Below the pieces are notes generated by a model, which was given only the letters and a program-made list of their open reading frames with translations, ran no database searches and was not told the origin of the DNA. This document shows, in pieces, positions 11,108 through 25,041 of a DNA stretch of 64,000 nt (positions are counted from its first letter, which is position 1; every line of letters starts with the position of its first letter). Source of the DNA: Octopus sinensis. Lineage: Eukaryota. The position numbers and the translations under genes were made by a program. Where the stretch lies: the NCBI RefSeq assembly GCF_006345805.1, contig NC_043012.1, positions 54,932,001-54,996,000 on the forward strand. The letters run 5' to 3'.

Positions 11108-11550
11108 TTAACCTTTTTGATTTCAATCCATTTGAGTTTGCCTCTGGTTTTATGATATAAATTTCCAGTATTAAATTGATATAATTAAAACCTATCAAAT
11201 TTTATTTGATTTATTTTCCAAACACTAGCTTAATTTTAACAAAGTTATTTTACTAAATTCTTTGTTAGTTTGAAAATTAGTTGAAACAAAGGCAATGAAT
11301 TTTAACAGAAATACGATGACAAAACGGTTATCCTTTTTAATACCAACCTACCTAAGACTGGCCCAAGTTCTAGGTTACAAACTTCATGCTTTATACTGAT
11401 CTAAATTAAAATCATCCACCAAAATTTCATGTTGATTATGTTCCAATTGCCAGTTTAATTTTGATATTTTACTAAATTTCTTAATTATCTAAAAAAATTA
11501 ATTAAAACAAAGGAATGAATTTTAACAGAAATACAGTTATGAAAGGATTA
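11108..11550 (+). mobile_element. Two tandem degenerate ~220-bp MITE-like units with TTAA-CCTT...AAGG-TTAA style ends (piggyBac-like by end pattern)
   Basis: Units share TTATTTTACTAAATTT...ATTAA.AAACAAAGG..TGAATTTTAACAGAAATAC. A homologue lies at 57950-58171. Confidence 0.45.
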
Positions 11551-12251
11551 AATATAAATGATTAAAGCCAGTGTTGTCAAAATGTTTTATCTGTTGTATA
11601 TAAACTATTAATTTCACAAAATAATACTAGATAACAGATAATACACAGATTATACTAAACCAGATCAAACAGTTTGAATAAAAAAGTAATAATAATAAAT
11701 TGAAATTAAATGAATAAAAATTGAAAATAAATGAATAAAATAATAATAATAATAAATTGAAATTAATGTCACTTAAAACTTAGCTTGTAAAGGATAGTGT
11801 TAATAACAGCTCAAATAAACCTATACTTTTCTAAAAATTTAAAGGAGTAGTTATATTAGATATAGATAGTAAGAAGGTGTATATAGATTTGAACATTTAT
11901 TATTATTTTTATTAAAAAGTATCTCAGAATACAGGGTTGAGAAGAGCAGTGAAATATATTAATAAGGTTTTTAACTTAATAATTTTAATTTCTAAAATTA
12001 TTTGGCTTCCATGCAAATAGATTTTCCTGGCTTCTTCTACACTCTGAGACTTTGTTATATATTATATATTTGCCACTATGTTACAATAATGTTGTCATTT
12101 GTGTGTGTAGCAAAATAGAATAGTTTTAGAAATGATGTAATTTAGATATGTAATCTGCATGAATAAAGCAATGAGCCAATAAAAGGAACACCAACATAGC
12201 TGCAAAACTGGCTAGAAATAAAAGCCAAATTCCCTCTAAATCACATCAGTA

Positions 12252-12717
12252 AAATCGAAATTGAACCAAATTCGATGACTGGCACCCATGCCAGTGGAGC
12301 GTTAACAGCTCCATCCAAGCAGGATCAATGCCAGAGCAGCTGTCTGGCACATAAAGAGCATCATTTGAACGTGATATTTGTCAGCATCGCCTCACTGGCA
12401 CATGAACAAAACATTTGAGCAAGGTCGTTGCCAGTGCCGCTGGACTGACTCCTGTGCAGGTGGCACGTAAAAAACACCATTTTCGAGCATGGCCGTTGTC
12501 AGTACCACCAGACTGGCCCTCGTGCCAGTGGCACTTTAAAAGCACCCACTACACTCTCGGAGTGGTTGGCGTTAGGAAGGGCATCAAGCTGAAGAAACTC
12601 TTCCAGATCAGATTGGAGCCTGGCACAGCCATCTGGTTCACCAGTCCTCAGTCAAAACATCCAACCCATGCTAGCATGGAAAGCGGACGTTAAACGATGA
12701 TGATGATGATGATGATG
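12252..12717 (+). mobile_element. RTE 3'-UTR-only (non-autonomous or truncated) copy with (GAT)n tail
   Basis: Tandem GTGC.GGTGGCAC.TAAAAA.CACC units, then CTACACTCTCGGAGTGGTTGGCGTTAGGAAGGGCATC...CCATGCTAGCATGGAAAGCGGACGTTAAAC(GAT)n. Confidence 0.92.
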
Positions 12718-13689
12718 AAAGAATACAGTGAATAATATAATCCTATATAACTCTAAAAAGACTGAGTGGACACAGCTGGTTTTCTTTTGATCATAGATCT
12801 GCTCAATCTGGGTTGACCTGGGATTAAACAACAACACCAGCAATGGATCAGTATGTATTAGTATATTGTTATTGTTTAGCCGTGGATCAGACCTAGTCAA
12901 AGGGATCTGTGTTCAAAAGGTTTTCCAATTAAGAACATCCCATATGCTGGATGTTAACATATGTAATAAATGGAGCATTAAAAAATTAAAGGGTTGTTGT
13001 TGTGTTGTGTAGACGCCCCCAGACGATGAAGTAGACTAGCCCAATACGTAGATATCAAGGGAGAAGTCTAGCAGTCCTAGACTAGTCAGAGCACAGCTGA
13101 GTAGTAGTAGAGAGAGTAGACTAGAACAGGGTAGTAGGAGCAGAGTAGAGTTGAGTAGAGGCCATCCGAACGTGCGACATAACATGTTGTCCGGTAAAAA
13201 ATGTGATATAAATTTAAACACTGAATCCTTTGGGGTGATGGGTGGGTGGTGGGAAAGCTGGGATCTGGAGAGAAGTGTGTTGTCAATTAGAGAGAAATTG
13301 AAGACGAGGTGAGTGCAATATAGCAAAACTATTTGGTGCTACGCAGGTGGCTAAACATTGTAATCATGTGATAACTGGTTAACTGATAAACCAATGAAAA
13401 TAAGATTACAATAATGAAAGAAAGGAAGAAACAACATAATGATGTGTAATTGTAAAGACCATCACCCCTTACACATTCCTGCTCATGATATCATTGACAA
13501 ATGTATGTAAAAATATTATTTCTCTCTGAAGTAAATGTACTTATTGTTAAATCCTTCACTCCCTTATAGAGTGTGAGTCATTTGTGACTTTTCTATACTG
13601 TTCTTGATCATGGACTGTCCTCTCTCAGGTCTTATGGGTTTTGAATTATTACTGATGCTTCTGTAACATTGTGTTTTCTAAGTAGGGAT

Positions 13690-13855
13690 GTTGGCCCTAT
13701 GCAGACCCATTTTTACTTCTGAGAAGAGGTGATCCATATTAATCTGGCCTCTATCCTTTGACCTGTTTAACATGAGAAGTCCTACCAAGAGTTTGCACAC
13801 TGATGGACTAGCTCTCACGGTCATTGAGGCATAGCAGCCACCACATCACAACATG
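13690..13855 (-). mobile_element. Degenerate RTE-type 5' UTR-like fragment
   Basis: Minus strand GGTCAAAGGATAGAGG resembles CGTCAAAGGGCAGAGG in the 52.6-53.1 kb element. Family assignment is from recall. Confidence 0.35.
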
Positions 13856-14305
13856 AGTGGATCTTGTAATGGTGGAAGTAAATATATTTCATTTTGTAAA
13901 TTTAAAATGTCTTTGAAAAAATTTTTAAATTTGTTTGCCAATTATGAGACTGTTTGCATTAAAGAGCAGATCTAGTCATTTTTTGATCAGAGCTCAAATC
14001 TGCTAATAATGGCTTTTGCTTTTTCATTCTTCCTCGCTTACTAAAATTAGTAACAACCATCTACTGTGATCAGTTTAGTGGCCTATACTCACAACCATAC
14101 TAGGCACAAATGGTCATGTGCTTAATCATAAGAAATTCTGGGTTTTGAGCTGGGCTGATTCAGCAGTTAAACTAATCCTTAAAATTTGTTATCTCATTTC
14201 TCTAAATATAAGGGTTCATTAAACAATTGATTTACTATTTAAGCTACAACTATCCAAAGAAAACACCTGTATATATTATATATCTTATATATTTAAAACA
14301 TAGGT

Positions 14306-14364
<59 letters not shown>

Positions 14365-14716
14365 GAGAGAGAGAAAATACAACAAATCAGAACCCCATCT
14401 GGCACTCAAATTCATCTTCCTTCTTTGTTGTGTTCTGTCTATATTTGTGTTTAGATTTAACACAATAAACATGTAATGATTCATCAATTTGAATAACATT
14501 TGCAATTCCTAACACAATATAATAGTTTCAATTTTTTTTTTTAAAGAAAAAGAAAACCCTCTACATTAAATAATAGACTTGGCATTTATTTTTCTACTTG
14601 TTTATTTACATTTCTACCAAGTATATATTATGACACTTTCTTATTTTTCTTTGATGAAAGATAACCGTCAACTGAACTGGAAAATACATTTGAAAAACTC
14701 TCTGAACTATAGCTAG

Positions 14717-14750
<34 letters not shown>

Positions 14751-14927
14751 CAAGGTGTTGTGGAAGGGTGGGTGGTGGGTGGAATGATACTCTGTGAGAT
14801 ATATAGAAGAAATAGTTTTTATTTAATAAAAACTATTTTGGAGAACTTAACATTACAAAGAGTCTTATTCTCTTGTACGATTAAAAAGAAAAAATTTTAA
14901 CATTCAACTAAGAAAGTTTCCTTGATA

Positions 14928-15337
14928 GGCGCAGGAGTGGCTGTGTGGTAAGTAGCTTGCTAACCAACCACATGGTTCCGGGTTCAGTCCCACTGCGTGG
15001 CACCTTGGGCAAGTGTCTTCTGCTATAGCCCCGGGCCGACCAATGCCTTGTGAGTGGATTTGGTAGACGGAAACTGAAAGAAGCCTGTCGTATATATGTA
15101 TATATATATATAAGTGTGTGTGTATATGTTTGTGTGTCTGTGTTTGTCCCCCTAGCATTGCTTGACAACCGATGCTGGTGTGTTTACGTCCCCGTCACTT
15201 AGCGGTTCGGCGAAAGAGACCGATAGAATAAGTACTGGGCTTACAAAGAATAAGTCCCGGGGTCGATTTGCTCGACTAAAGGCGGTGCTCCAGCATGGCC
15301 GCAGTCAAATGACTGAAACAAGTAAAAGAGTAAAAAG
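14928..15337 (+). mobile_element. SINE-A, young full-length copy (CpGs retained)
   Basis: GGCGCAGGAGTGGCTGTGTGGTAAG through GACTGAAACAAGTAAAAGAG. Confidence 0.95.
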
Positions 15338-16341
15338 AGAGAGTTGTTACTTTGTGTTGAATTGAACTGCAAATGAAATCACTGCTGATCCGTTTTACTT
15401 TGTTTAAATAGTTAAAACATAATATTTTTTCAAGTGAAAATATAAATGAAGGATATTTACACCTATCTCTATCTAATTTTATATAGTCAATGAACATTAC
15501 ATTGACTTCCATAGCTCATATGACATTCCTTGTTGTATTGAGTTGACTCAGATTTTAATGAATGGTTCCTGTTTTTACAACTGTACAAGCTTCTATCATT
15601 AAAGGCCCCAAATTTTTGTGATGAAACAAAACTTTCCTGCTGATGTTATGCTTCAAATAAGCATTATTTAATTTTATTTTATAATTATGAATTTCAAAGT
15701 TAATTTAATGTTCTGGCATTGCCTTATGTTTAGAAGTTTCTTATTCACAACTAAGAAATATCTTCCGTCCATCCAAAGAAATAGGAGTACTGCATATGCT
15801 TTCTTACTTTTGATTTTTTTTTATCTATTGCTTGTTTGCTATGTTTTTAATTTGATATGATGTCATCAGAGGATAGACAATCCTACAATTTTGGATATTT
15901 GTCTATGACACAATTCTTTGAGGCATTTCTAGTTGAGAAAGAAAAAAGGCCAGATGATTCAATGTTTTCTTGGCGTTTAAATAACCAATTAGTCATTCAG
16001 AGATTTTTGAGGCTAAATAGTGTAAATAGTATTTTTAGTATTGTGAACTAGTTTGAGACATTAACCAACTGAGGATAATATAAAAAAAAAACATATGAGT
16101 TCCTTGGTCTTTCTACTCCTTTAATACTCTAGTGTGGTTTCTTTATCCAGTTTGAACCAATGAACCATAGTCAATGTCTAATGGATCTCTTTTACAACAT
16201 TCTAAATTGTAAATTATTTTCAGTTGTGAAATGTATAGCTACACCCTTGGGTATTTCGTACCACTTTGCAATAGTTCAAGAAAACTTACATAACTGACCA
16301 AAAGGTAAATGAATGAATTCATTTATTCTGATCATTGACTG

Positions 16342-16379
<38 letters not shown>

Positions 16380-16573
16380 AAATTAGGACTGTATATTTAC
16401 CTCCAGCATAAAAGAAGCTGTGCTTCTGGCCAGCATGTCTGAAGAGTGATCAATATTGTGCCAAGTGCATTAGTTGGCGCAAAAAAGCATCGGTAACATT
16501 CTGACTATTTATATGGCGATATGGCATAACTAGGAATATATTGCTCCACAATATAAATATAAATACACACACA

Positions 16574-16617
<44 letters not shown>

Positions 16618-16712
16618 TTACATATGTGAGTGGGTGGACAAATGAAAGAAAGTATCACTCAACATATTTAGTAAGAATTACATGCATAATTTAATAAGAG
16701 TTTGATGCAGCG

Positions 16713-16953
16713 CCATGCAACTTAAAGTTTAAGAGGCTTGCAGAAAAAAACTTAGCTCATTAAGCATTTGGAAATTGAGTAACGAGAAACGAGACAGATT
16801 CCAGATGCCTTCTAAGATGTTAGGCCTCTATTGGTCAACTCAGATCACATGGTGTTATTGGTTCAGAAGCAACATCAGTTCTTGTCTGTGTTCTCTAGTC
16901 TATATTGTTAGATAGGACATTGGTACCAGTGGCAACAATTTTAAGTTGCATGG
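16713..16953. mobile_element. ~240-bp MITE-like element with 17-bp inverted ends
   Basis: CCATGCAACTTAAAGTT ... AATTTTAAGTTGCATGG (one mismatch); no TSD seen. Confidence 0.4.
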
Positions 16954-17158
16954 AAATAAGTCAAATTGCTATTAAATATATATGTGTATATATATGGCAG
17001 TTGACATATTTGATCTTATAACTGCCATCTCTGAAGAACACAAGGTTACATAATCAGGCTGTTATTTAACACCCTGTTGAACACCTACTATGAAAAACCA
17101 ATTGGCAAGATAAGTTGTGATGGATATAAATACAGTAAACTTTGATTAACATATATAC

Positions 17159-17254
<96 letters not shown>

Positions 17255-17327
17255 TATATGTATACTATCTAGCTGAGAGAAAATGTATGGCTGAAAGAAC
17301 ATGTACCAAACCCAAAAGGAGAGAACA

Positions 17328-17485
17328 GAAGCATGGCTATGGGGTTAAGAAGTTTGCTTTAAAATTTTGTGGTTTCAGATCTAATCCCATTAAGTGGCAC
17401 CTTGGGTAAGTTATTTTCTATCATAACTAGAGATTGACCAAAGCCTTGTGAGCGAAATTCGATAGGGGAAACTGTTTAGAAGACC
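17328..17485 (+). mobile_element. Old SINE-A 5' half
   Basis: GTGGCACCTTGGGTAAG...GACCAAAGCCTTGTGAG. Confidence 0.65.
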
Positions 17486-17689
17486 AGCAAAAGATCTGGT
17501 TCTGTTTTTGAGCGGTAGGCTGAATTCTTTCACACAGTTTCACACCATCACCTTGGCCTTGAGTATCTTCACTGCTTCAAGCATTCAGATAAGATCTCTG
17601 TTCTAAGAATATATTCCTTCTTTTCTAAATCTCTAAAGAAAATTTAACTTTTGGTAGCAAAATTCTTTATTAGAATGATCTTTTATCTT

Positions 17690-17900
17690 TTATTTGTTTC
17701 AGTCATTATAGTGTGGCCATACTGGGGCACCACCTTGAAGAATTTTAGTCAAATGAATCAATCCAAGTACTTATATGTTGAGTCTGGTACTTATTTTATC
17801 AGTTTATTTTGCTGAACCACTAAGTTATGGGCATGTAAACAAATCGACACTAGTTATCAAGCAGTGGTGGGGGACAAACACAGATACAAAGGCACACACA
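17690..17900 (-). mobile_element. Old SINE-A 3' half
   Basis: TGTTTCAGTCATT..TGTGGCCATACTGGGGCACCACC...GGGGACAAACACAGA is the reverse complement of the SINE-A tail. Confidence 0.75.
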
Positions 17901-17918
17901 CATAAATGTGTGTATGTG

Positions 17919-17984
<66 letters not shown>

Positions 17985-18121
17985 GTATATAATGTATATA
18001 TAATATATATATATTAATATATATATATATATATATATATAGTATAATATATACATCATATATATATATATATAGATATATATATTATATATATATATAT
18101 ATATATACACATACATATATA

Positions 18122-18343
18122 TTTCTTTACTACCCACAAGGAGCTAAAATAGAGGGGACAAACAAGGACAGACAAGGGATTAAGTCGTTACATCACCCAG
18201 TGCGAAACTGGTACTTAATTTATCGACCCCGAAAGGATGAAGGCAAAGTCGACCTCGGCGGAATTTGAACTCAGAACGTAACGGCAGACGAAATACGGCT
18301 ACGCATTTCGCCCGGTGTGCTAACGTGTCTGCCAGCTGCCGCC
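18122..18343 (-). mobile_element. SINE-B: tRNA-derived SINE with GACTTTGCCTTTCATCCTTTCGGGGTCGATAAA core
   Basis: Minus-strand head GGCGGCAGCTGGCAGACACGTTAGCAC, B-box GAGTTCAAATTCC. From memory the core resembles the MetaSINE central domain (unverified). Confidence 0.9.
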
Positions 18344-18357
18344 TATATCTCTCTATA

Positions 18358-18392
<35 letters not shown>

Positions 18393-18449
18393 GTAAAGTA
18401 AAGTCAGGAAAAGCAAATTAGACAAATCAATATATAAAGTACATTAAAT

Positions 18450-18785
18450 ACATGAAATACAAAAATGTATATATGTATGCATATAAAAATGTCCTTCTTA
18501 CACAGAATACAAATGATGTAGAGAATTAAAGGGGTTGAAGAAAAGTATTACAAATCCAACATTCCATCTTTGAATTTCTTTCCTTTAACATCTCAAATGG
18601 AAGATTTCTTCACTGAAGGTGGAGTCTCATCTCATCCTATGATGGAATCAATCGACAAAGATTATTATGGATCAGCAATCCCTCAGAAACAGTTGTTGGA
18701 TTTGTAATACTTTTCCTCAACCCCTTTAATTCATTTGTATTCTGTGTAAGTCGGACCTTTTTATATGTATGCATGTATTTCATGT
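18450..18785. repeat. Imperfect inverted repeat (arms 18450-18560 and 18695-18785)
   Basis: CTTACACAGAATACAAATGA...AATTAAAGGGGTTGA.GAAAAGTATTACAAATCCAAC and its reverse complement. Confidence 0.85.
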
Positions 18786-19247
18786 TGTCTGGGAGTGAGA
18801 TATGGGTGTCTGAGGGAAAGAGCGATGGCAATTTTGAGAAGGTCTGAGAGAGCAATGGTGAGAGAAATGTGTGGAGTGAAGCTGTTTGGTTAGAGGAAGA
18901 CTGAGGATTTGATGGGAATGCTGAGGACAGAGGAATCATTGGAATGGTTGGCAAGGGCAAATGGAGTGGTGTGGTATGGGTATGTGTTGAGGAGGTATGA
19001 AGACCATGTTCCGAGGAGGGTGATTGCGTTTGAGGTAAATGGAGCGAGAAAGCGAGGTAGATCAAGAAAAAGGCAGAGGGGATAGGTGGAAGAGGAGATT
19101 GGGAGGGTTGGTTTGAAAAAGGAGGACACCCAAAACTGGGCAAGATTGTGAGACGGTGTGAGGGTGGTTGCTATGGCATTGCAGTAGATACGGCCACCCC
19201 CATTAACAGGGACAAAACCTGGATTTAACACACTGGATGATGATGAT
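18783..19247 (+). mobile_element. Second RTE family, C-terminal fragment with short (GAT)n tail
   Basis: MLSGSEIW...ILRRSERAMVREMCGVKL...ARANGVVWYGYVLRR...NGARKRGRSRK, homologous to the RTE C-terminus but diverged from family 1. Confidence 0.8.
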
Positions 19248-19381
19248 GGATTTAATGTACTTTATATATTGATCTGTGTAACTTAATTATCCCTACATTT
19301 ACTGCTATACCCACTCAAGTTTAAATCTCTTGAGTACTACTAAGTGTTTTCTACACTGAGAATATCTGGATCTCTGTGTAC

Positions 19382-19426
<45 letters not shown>

Positions 19427-19523
19427 TATATATATATGTATTGATTGGGTTTTATCTGGTAGTTGATCATTGATTAAGATGTGTTTCTCCATTTTCTTAT
19501 TTTGTATATATATATATATATAC

Positions 19524-19555
<32 letters not shown>

Positions 19556-19559
19556 CATA

Positions 19560-19682
19560 TGATGGGCTTCTTTTTAGTTTCTGTCAGCCAAATCCACTCA
19601 CAAGGTTTTGGTCTGCCTGAAGCTATGGTAGAAGACACTTGCCCAAGGTTCCTCACAGTGGGACTGAACCCAGAACCATGTG
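19560..19682 (-). mobile_element. SINE-A 5' half
   Basis: AAATCCACTCACAAGG...GAAGACACTTGCCCAAGG...GGGACTGAACCC. Confidence 0.8.
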
Positions 19683-19886
19683 ATGCTACATTTTTTATAT
19701 TCTTTTAAAACATACCACTGTGTTTCTGTTTGATGCTACATTAGATATTGTAAACCCCAGTTTGTGACAGAAAAGAATAACAAGCTTACTGATGAGACTC
19801 AAACCATAAATATTTTGATTGCCAAATAACTGTGTTGCCAATCACATATAAAGTGTATGCTATTCCATCTTCTAAAATTTGTATTA

Positions 19887-20408
19887 CTGTAAATCCTCGA
19901 GTATAGTCCGCCCTTGAGTATAATACGCAAGGGATTTTTAGGGGGCTGTACCTCTGAAAAACCTAAACCTTGTGTATAATATGCACCCCTTCTCTAACTT
20001 GAGTCATGCATAATTAAACCAGCAGCACCTAGTCGAACAAACACTTCCGTGCATGCGTTATACAATAATGGTAATGTTCTTAACTGTTATATGGGAATGT
20101 AAATATGTTTGCAAACTGTTTTTGTTACATGTTATTCGGTGTTCTGAATATTTTTATTTTAATAAATGTTGCTTACTGCGAGTTATGGATGATTCTTTTA
20201 TGACTTCATTGCTTTCAGGCTTAGCTTGAGGTATTTTCGTGCCCGACATCACAAAATGCGTCTGAATAAACATTGCCAGACAGCAAATAGAGACTTGGAT
20301 GTTGCTTAGAAAATATTTTTCATTTTTAACCTCGTATATAGTACGCACTAGGGATTTTGACCTTTAAATTTTGGGGAAAAAATGCGGATTATACTCGAAG
20401 ATTTATGG
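19887..20408. mobile_element. Tc1/mariner-superfamily (pogo/Tigger-like) MITE, TA-flanked
   Basis: TA|CTGTAAATCCTCGAGTATAGTCCGC ... GCGGATTATACTCGAAGATTTATGG|TA; ~25-bp imperfect TIRs plus an internal repeat of GTATA.TACGCA..GGGATTTT. Confidence 0.85.
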
Positions 20409-21919
20409 TATATAAATCATTCCTGTTATAGTTTATTTTTATTTTTATTTACTTGTACTTATTGATGCTGGCTACTGATGCTATTAGTCTGTTCAAATTT
20501 GAGGTATCAAGAAATATTTCACTGTATTGCACTTATGCTTTTAGCTTGAAAGTTGCAACAGAATACATGTCTTATATGCGTTTAAACAGTAATGTCAGCA
20601 CTTAAAAAATATCTTCAACAGTAGAATTTTCTTTTAATATCAATTAATAAAACATTTTTCAGACATGTTTAAATGTTTTTGTTCTTTTAACGAAGCAATT
20701 TTCTGTTTTCTGTATTTTTTCTTTTCTCCTATGGAATTGGATATTAGAATTAATCTGTAATTGTTTATTATTTAACAAGTTCCCAATTTTAAGAATTACC
20801 TAAATTACATTTAAAAAACCTCTCATTAATAATTGCATTTACCAAAGATGCTTCCCAAAGATTCCCTAATGACAACTTAATTTTTCATTTAGTAAATGAA
20901 ACTAATTCTGTGGGATATTAATTAATATGTTTAGTAGTATTTACATAGATCCATTTTCACATATCTTATGTGAGTACTAATCAATTATTATATTTCAGAT
21001 TTATCATGCCAATGTTTTTTCCTGCCTGCTTAAACTTTTTTTTTTGTATGTAAAGCTGTTAATTTGTAACAAATTCTGAAGGAATAAATATAATTATGCC
21101 ATTTTTTCCCCTTCTATTTAATGAAAAGTAATTTTTTGTGAGTGTAATTCATATTTATTATTGTTCCTCCTGTCCAAATCTGTAGATTATGTGAAAGTTT
21201 TGTTACAACTACTATATCACATTGTATGACACTGTTGTAATTATACTACCATATTATGAGATGTTATAAAATGTGTATTAGATATTAAAAAAAACCAACA
21301 ATGGGGATTTAATTCAGGTTGTGTAGAAGATGAGATAGGGGAGGATATTTCAAATTACATAAAACTGAAATAACTTTTCATAAAATAAACCAACACAGGA
21401 GGTGAAAAACTGAATTGGTAAATTTGATTTCAAATTCAGAATTGAACTGAAATTTAATTATAAAATGTATTTTGTGACAACAACAACAACAAAAAAGAAA
21501 AACAAAACAATAGTAATAAGAAACAAAACTGGAATTTAAATTTGAACCACAAAAAAAAATTTCAATTCATTTTTCTTTTAATTATATTAAACTGTTATTC
21601 GTGTGCAAATTTTAATTACAGAAATATCCTCTCTTACACCTAATCACCCCAATGCTTTAATTTGGCATATAAAATCATTTCAGTTCCTTTTATTTTTTTT
21701 GATTAATTTCAAATCAAAAACTACATAAAAAGTAAATGTATTAAAATAAAAAGTGGGTGGTCAAAGAATTGAATGAGAATGTCCATCTTTGTTTAAACAC
21801 AATAAAAAAAATACAAAAGAGACGTAACGTTGTTTCTAATTTAATTATGTCATTAAAAAAACCCCAAATCGTGTGAATTATCAGTTTTAAAGTCTTATTT
21901 GCACTAAATTATTATTATA

Positions 21920-22131
21920 AGGTGGTGAGCTTCCAGAACCGTTAGAGCACCTGAAAAAAATGCTTGGCAGCATTTTATCCATGTATACTTTCTGAGTTCA
22001 AATTCCACTGCAGACAAATTTGCCTTTCATCCTTTTGGGGTCGATAAAATAAGTACCAGTTAAGCACTGGGGTCAATGGATTCAACTTACCCCTCCCCTG
22101 AACTTGCTGGCCTTGTGCCAAAATCTGAAAC

Positions 22132-22132
<1 letters not shown>
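21920..22132 (+). mobile_element. SINE-B full-length copy ending in (ATT)n
   Basis: Head, core and tail CCTTGTGCCAAAATCTGAAACC. Confidence 0.85.
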
Positions 22133-22171
<39 letters not shown>

Positions 22172-22222
22172 TTATTATTATATTGGGTTTATTATTATTA
22201 TCATATTATATTTATATTATTA

Positions 22223-22255
<33 letters not shown>

Positions 22256-22270
22256 CATTATTTTATTATT

Positions 22271-22688
22271 GAGTGAGAGAGCAGTGCATGCCATCAAAGT
22301 GACACTGGGGTAAAATATACGAAACCCAGTATACCCATCATGACTACCCGTCTGATAAAGGTACACTAGGCACATGCATCACAACCATATGCGCGCGACA
22401 AGGTGATCTCATATCAAGATAAACAGCACATGACCTTGCAGGTGGGGCCCAGTTAGAATTTTGTTCTGGTCGAGTAGCCCATCCCGCTCAAAAGGTCTCT
22501 GAATAAGGGTTGTTTAAGGATGTTGAACGAAACACCCCTGTTTCCAAATGTGAATTATTCAAACCCCAAAGAATCCCTCTCAACACATGGCTATGATGCT
22601 CCCCCACTACTTCTGCTCGTGATCAGAGATGCACATATCGTCAGCCACTAAGGGACATGCTCAACCGGTTAAGGTCAAACAACTGACA
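22271..22688 (-). mobile_element. ~420-bp interspersed repeat embedded in (ATT)n on both sides; likely the 3' end of a LINE (R4/Dong-like by target context)
   Basis: High-identity second copy at 30366-30790. The minus strand ends ...GCACTGCTCTCTCACTC(AAT)n. Clade is inference. Confidence 0.7.
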
Positions 22689-22707
22689 GTTATTATTATT
22701 ATTATTA

Positions 22708-22773
<66 letters not shown>

Positions 22774-22799
22774 GAGGTTTATTATTATTATTATTATTA

Positions 22800-22842
<43 letters not shown>

Positions 22843-22886
22843 TATTATTATTTTTATTATTATTATTATTATCATCATTATTATTA

Positions 22887-22940
<54 letters not shown>

Positions 22941-22989
22941 TTTTTATTATTATTTTTATTATTATTATTACTATTATTATTATTATAAA

Positions 22990-23333
22990 GGCAGCAAGCT
23001 GGCAAAATTGTTAGCCTACCGGGCAAAATACAGTGTGGCATTCTATTTGTCCTTATGTTCTAAGTTCAAATTCTGCTGTAGTCAACTTTGTCATTCATCC
23101 ACTTGAACACTGGGGCCAATGTAATTGACTTACCCTCCACTGAACTTGTTGGTCTTGTGCCAAAATTTGAAACCATTATTATTATCATTATTGTTTTTTT
23201 GTGTATCAGTATTATTAAAGTGGTGTGCTTGCAGAATGATGAGCATGCCAGAGAAAATGCTTTGTGACATTTCATTCATCTTTACATTCTGAGTTCAAAT
23301 TCTGCTGGGGTCAACTTTGCCTTTCATCCTTCA
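22990..23333 (+). mobile_element. Two adjacent old SINE-B copies (22990-23174 and ~23218-23333)
   Basis: GAGTTCAAATTCTGCTG..GTCAACTTTG..TTCATCC seen twice. Confidence 0.8.
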
Positions 23334-23469
23334 AAATTGCTGATCACAGGCCCAAATCAGAAATAATATACATAATGTTTTAATACATATTACTTCAGAC
23401 ATATTTTTATGATAGTTTTATCTTGTTTTGATATATTTTACTCAAATTTCAAATCATTCGTAATAATGC

Positions 23470-23500
<31 letters not shown>

Positions 23501-23505
<5 letters not shown>

Positions 23506-24716
23506 GATGCTCAGGAGCAATAAACACTGGAAATGTGCAGAGACCAACTTCTACCACGTTCCAGGGAGACAAACTAGAAGTAGTTGATAGCTTCCGCTAC
23601 CTAGGAGACCAAGTCAGTAGCGGGGGTGGGTGTGCTGAAAGTGTAACTGCTAGAGTAAGAATAGCCTGGGCAAAGTTTAGAGAGCTCTTACCCCTGCTGG
23701 TGACAAAAGGCCTCTCGCTAAGAGTAAAAGGCAGACTACTATATGATGCATGTGTACGTACAGCCATGCTACATGGTAGTGAAACATGGGCCGTGACTGC
23801 TGAGGATATGCGTAAGCTTGCAAGAAATGAAGCCAGTATGCTCCGATGGATGTGTAATGTCAGTGTTCATAATCGTCAGAGTGTAAGTACTTTGAGAGAA
23901 AAGTTGAACCTAAGAAGTGTCAGTTGTGGTGTGCAAGAGAGACGGCTGCGCTGGTATGGTCATGTGACGAGAACGAGAATGGCTGAAGATAGTTGTGTGC
24001 AAAAGTGCTACACCCTAGCAGTTGAGGGAACCTGGGAAGAGGTAGACCCAGGAAAACCTGGGACGAGGTAGTGAAGCACGACCTTCGAACTTTAGGTCTC
24101 ACCAAGGAAATGACTGAAGACCGAGTCCTATGGAAGTGTGCTGTGCATGAGAGGACCCGGCAGGACTAGTCAGGCCATATCCCGTGGCCCCTACCTGGGA
24201 CGTAGTCGATCCACCTGTGCATACCTTCCTTCTTGGGACACTTGTGAAGACCTGCTGAGGCAAGTGAAAATCAATCAAAATAGATGAAAACATCAATGGA
24301 ATTTGTATCTTTGTGGTACCGTGCCTGTGGCACACAAGAAAACCATCCGAACGTGGCCGTAGCCAGTACCGCATCGACTGGCCTCTGTGCTGGGGGCACG
24401 TAACAAAACACCATCCGATCGTGGCCATTGCCAGCCTCATCTGGCACCTGTGTCGGTGGCACATATAAAAACAAAAAAACCATCCGAGCGTGGCCGTCTG
24501 CCAGCCTCGTCTGGGCACCTCATGGTCGGTGGCACATAAAATCACCCACTACACTCTCGGAGTGGTTGGCATTAGGAAGGGCATCCAGCTGTAGAAAACA
24601 CTGCCAGATCTGACTGGACTGGTGCAGCTTTCGGGCTCCCCAGACCCCAGTTGAACCGGTCCACCCATGCTAGCATTGAAAGCGGACGTTAAATGATGGA
24701 TGATGATGATGATGAT
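23501..24716 (+). mobile_element. RTE copy 2, starting at the end of the PHD finger directly after (TA)n
   Basis: GRCSGAINT...LEVVDSFRYLGDQVSSGGGCAESVTARVRIAWAKFRELLPLL...LRWYGHV; tandem 3' UTR; (GAT)n. Confidence 0.95.
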
Positions 24717-24935
24717 ATGAATATTATATCAGGAGTTTTGAGAGGTAGTATTATGTGTATAGGATTTATAATGAATAAATATTTGAAGGCATAAATTATA
24801 ATACATACATGAAATACATACATATATATCTAATATATATATTATCTATATATATATATATATATAAGATATATAGATATATAAGAGGGATGATCACTAC
24901 GTGGACATATATATATATATTTGTAGTGATTTATT

Positions 24936-24966
<31 letters not shown>

Positions 24967-25041
24967 ACTGGCATTATATATATATATATATAAATGTGTG
25001 TTTTTATGTTCATTTATAATAAAAACAAATCTACATTATTC

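Noticed and set aside
13000-13350. GC-richer AGTAG-rich stretch with a 96-aa minus-strand ORF
   Set aside because: No recognisable domain, termini or second copy in the window.
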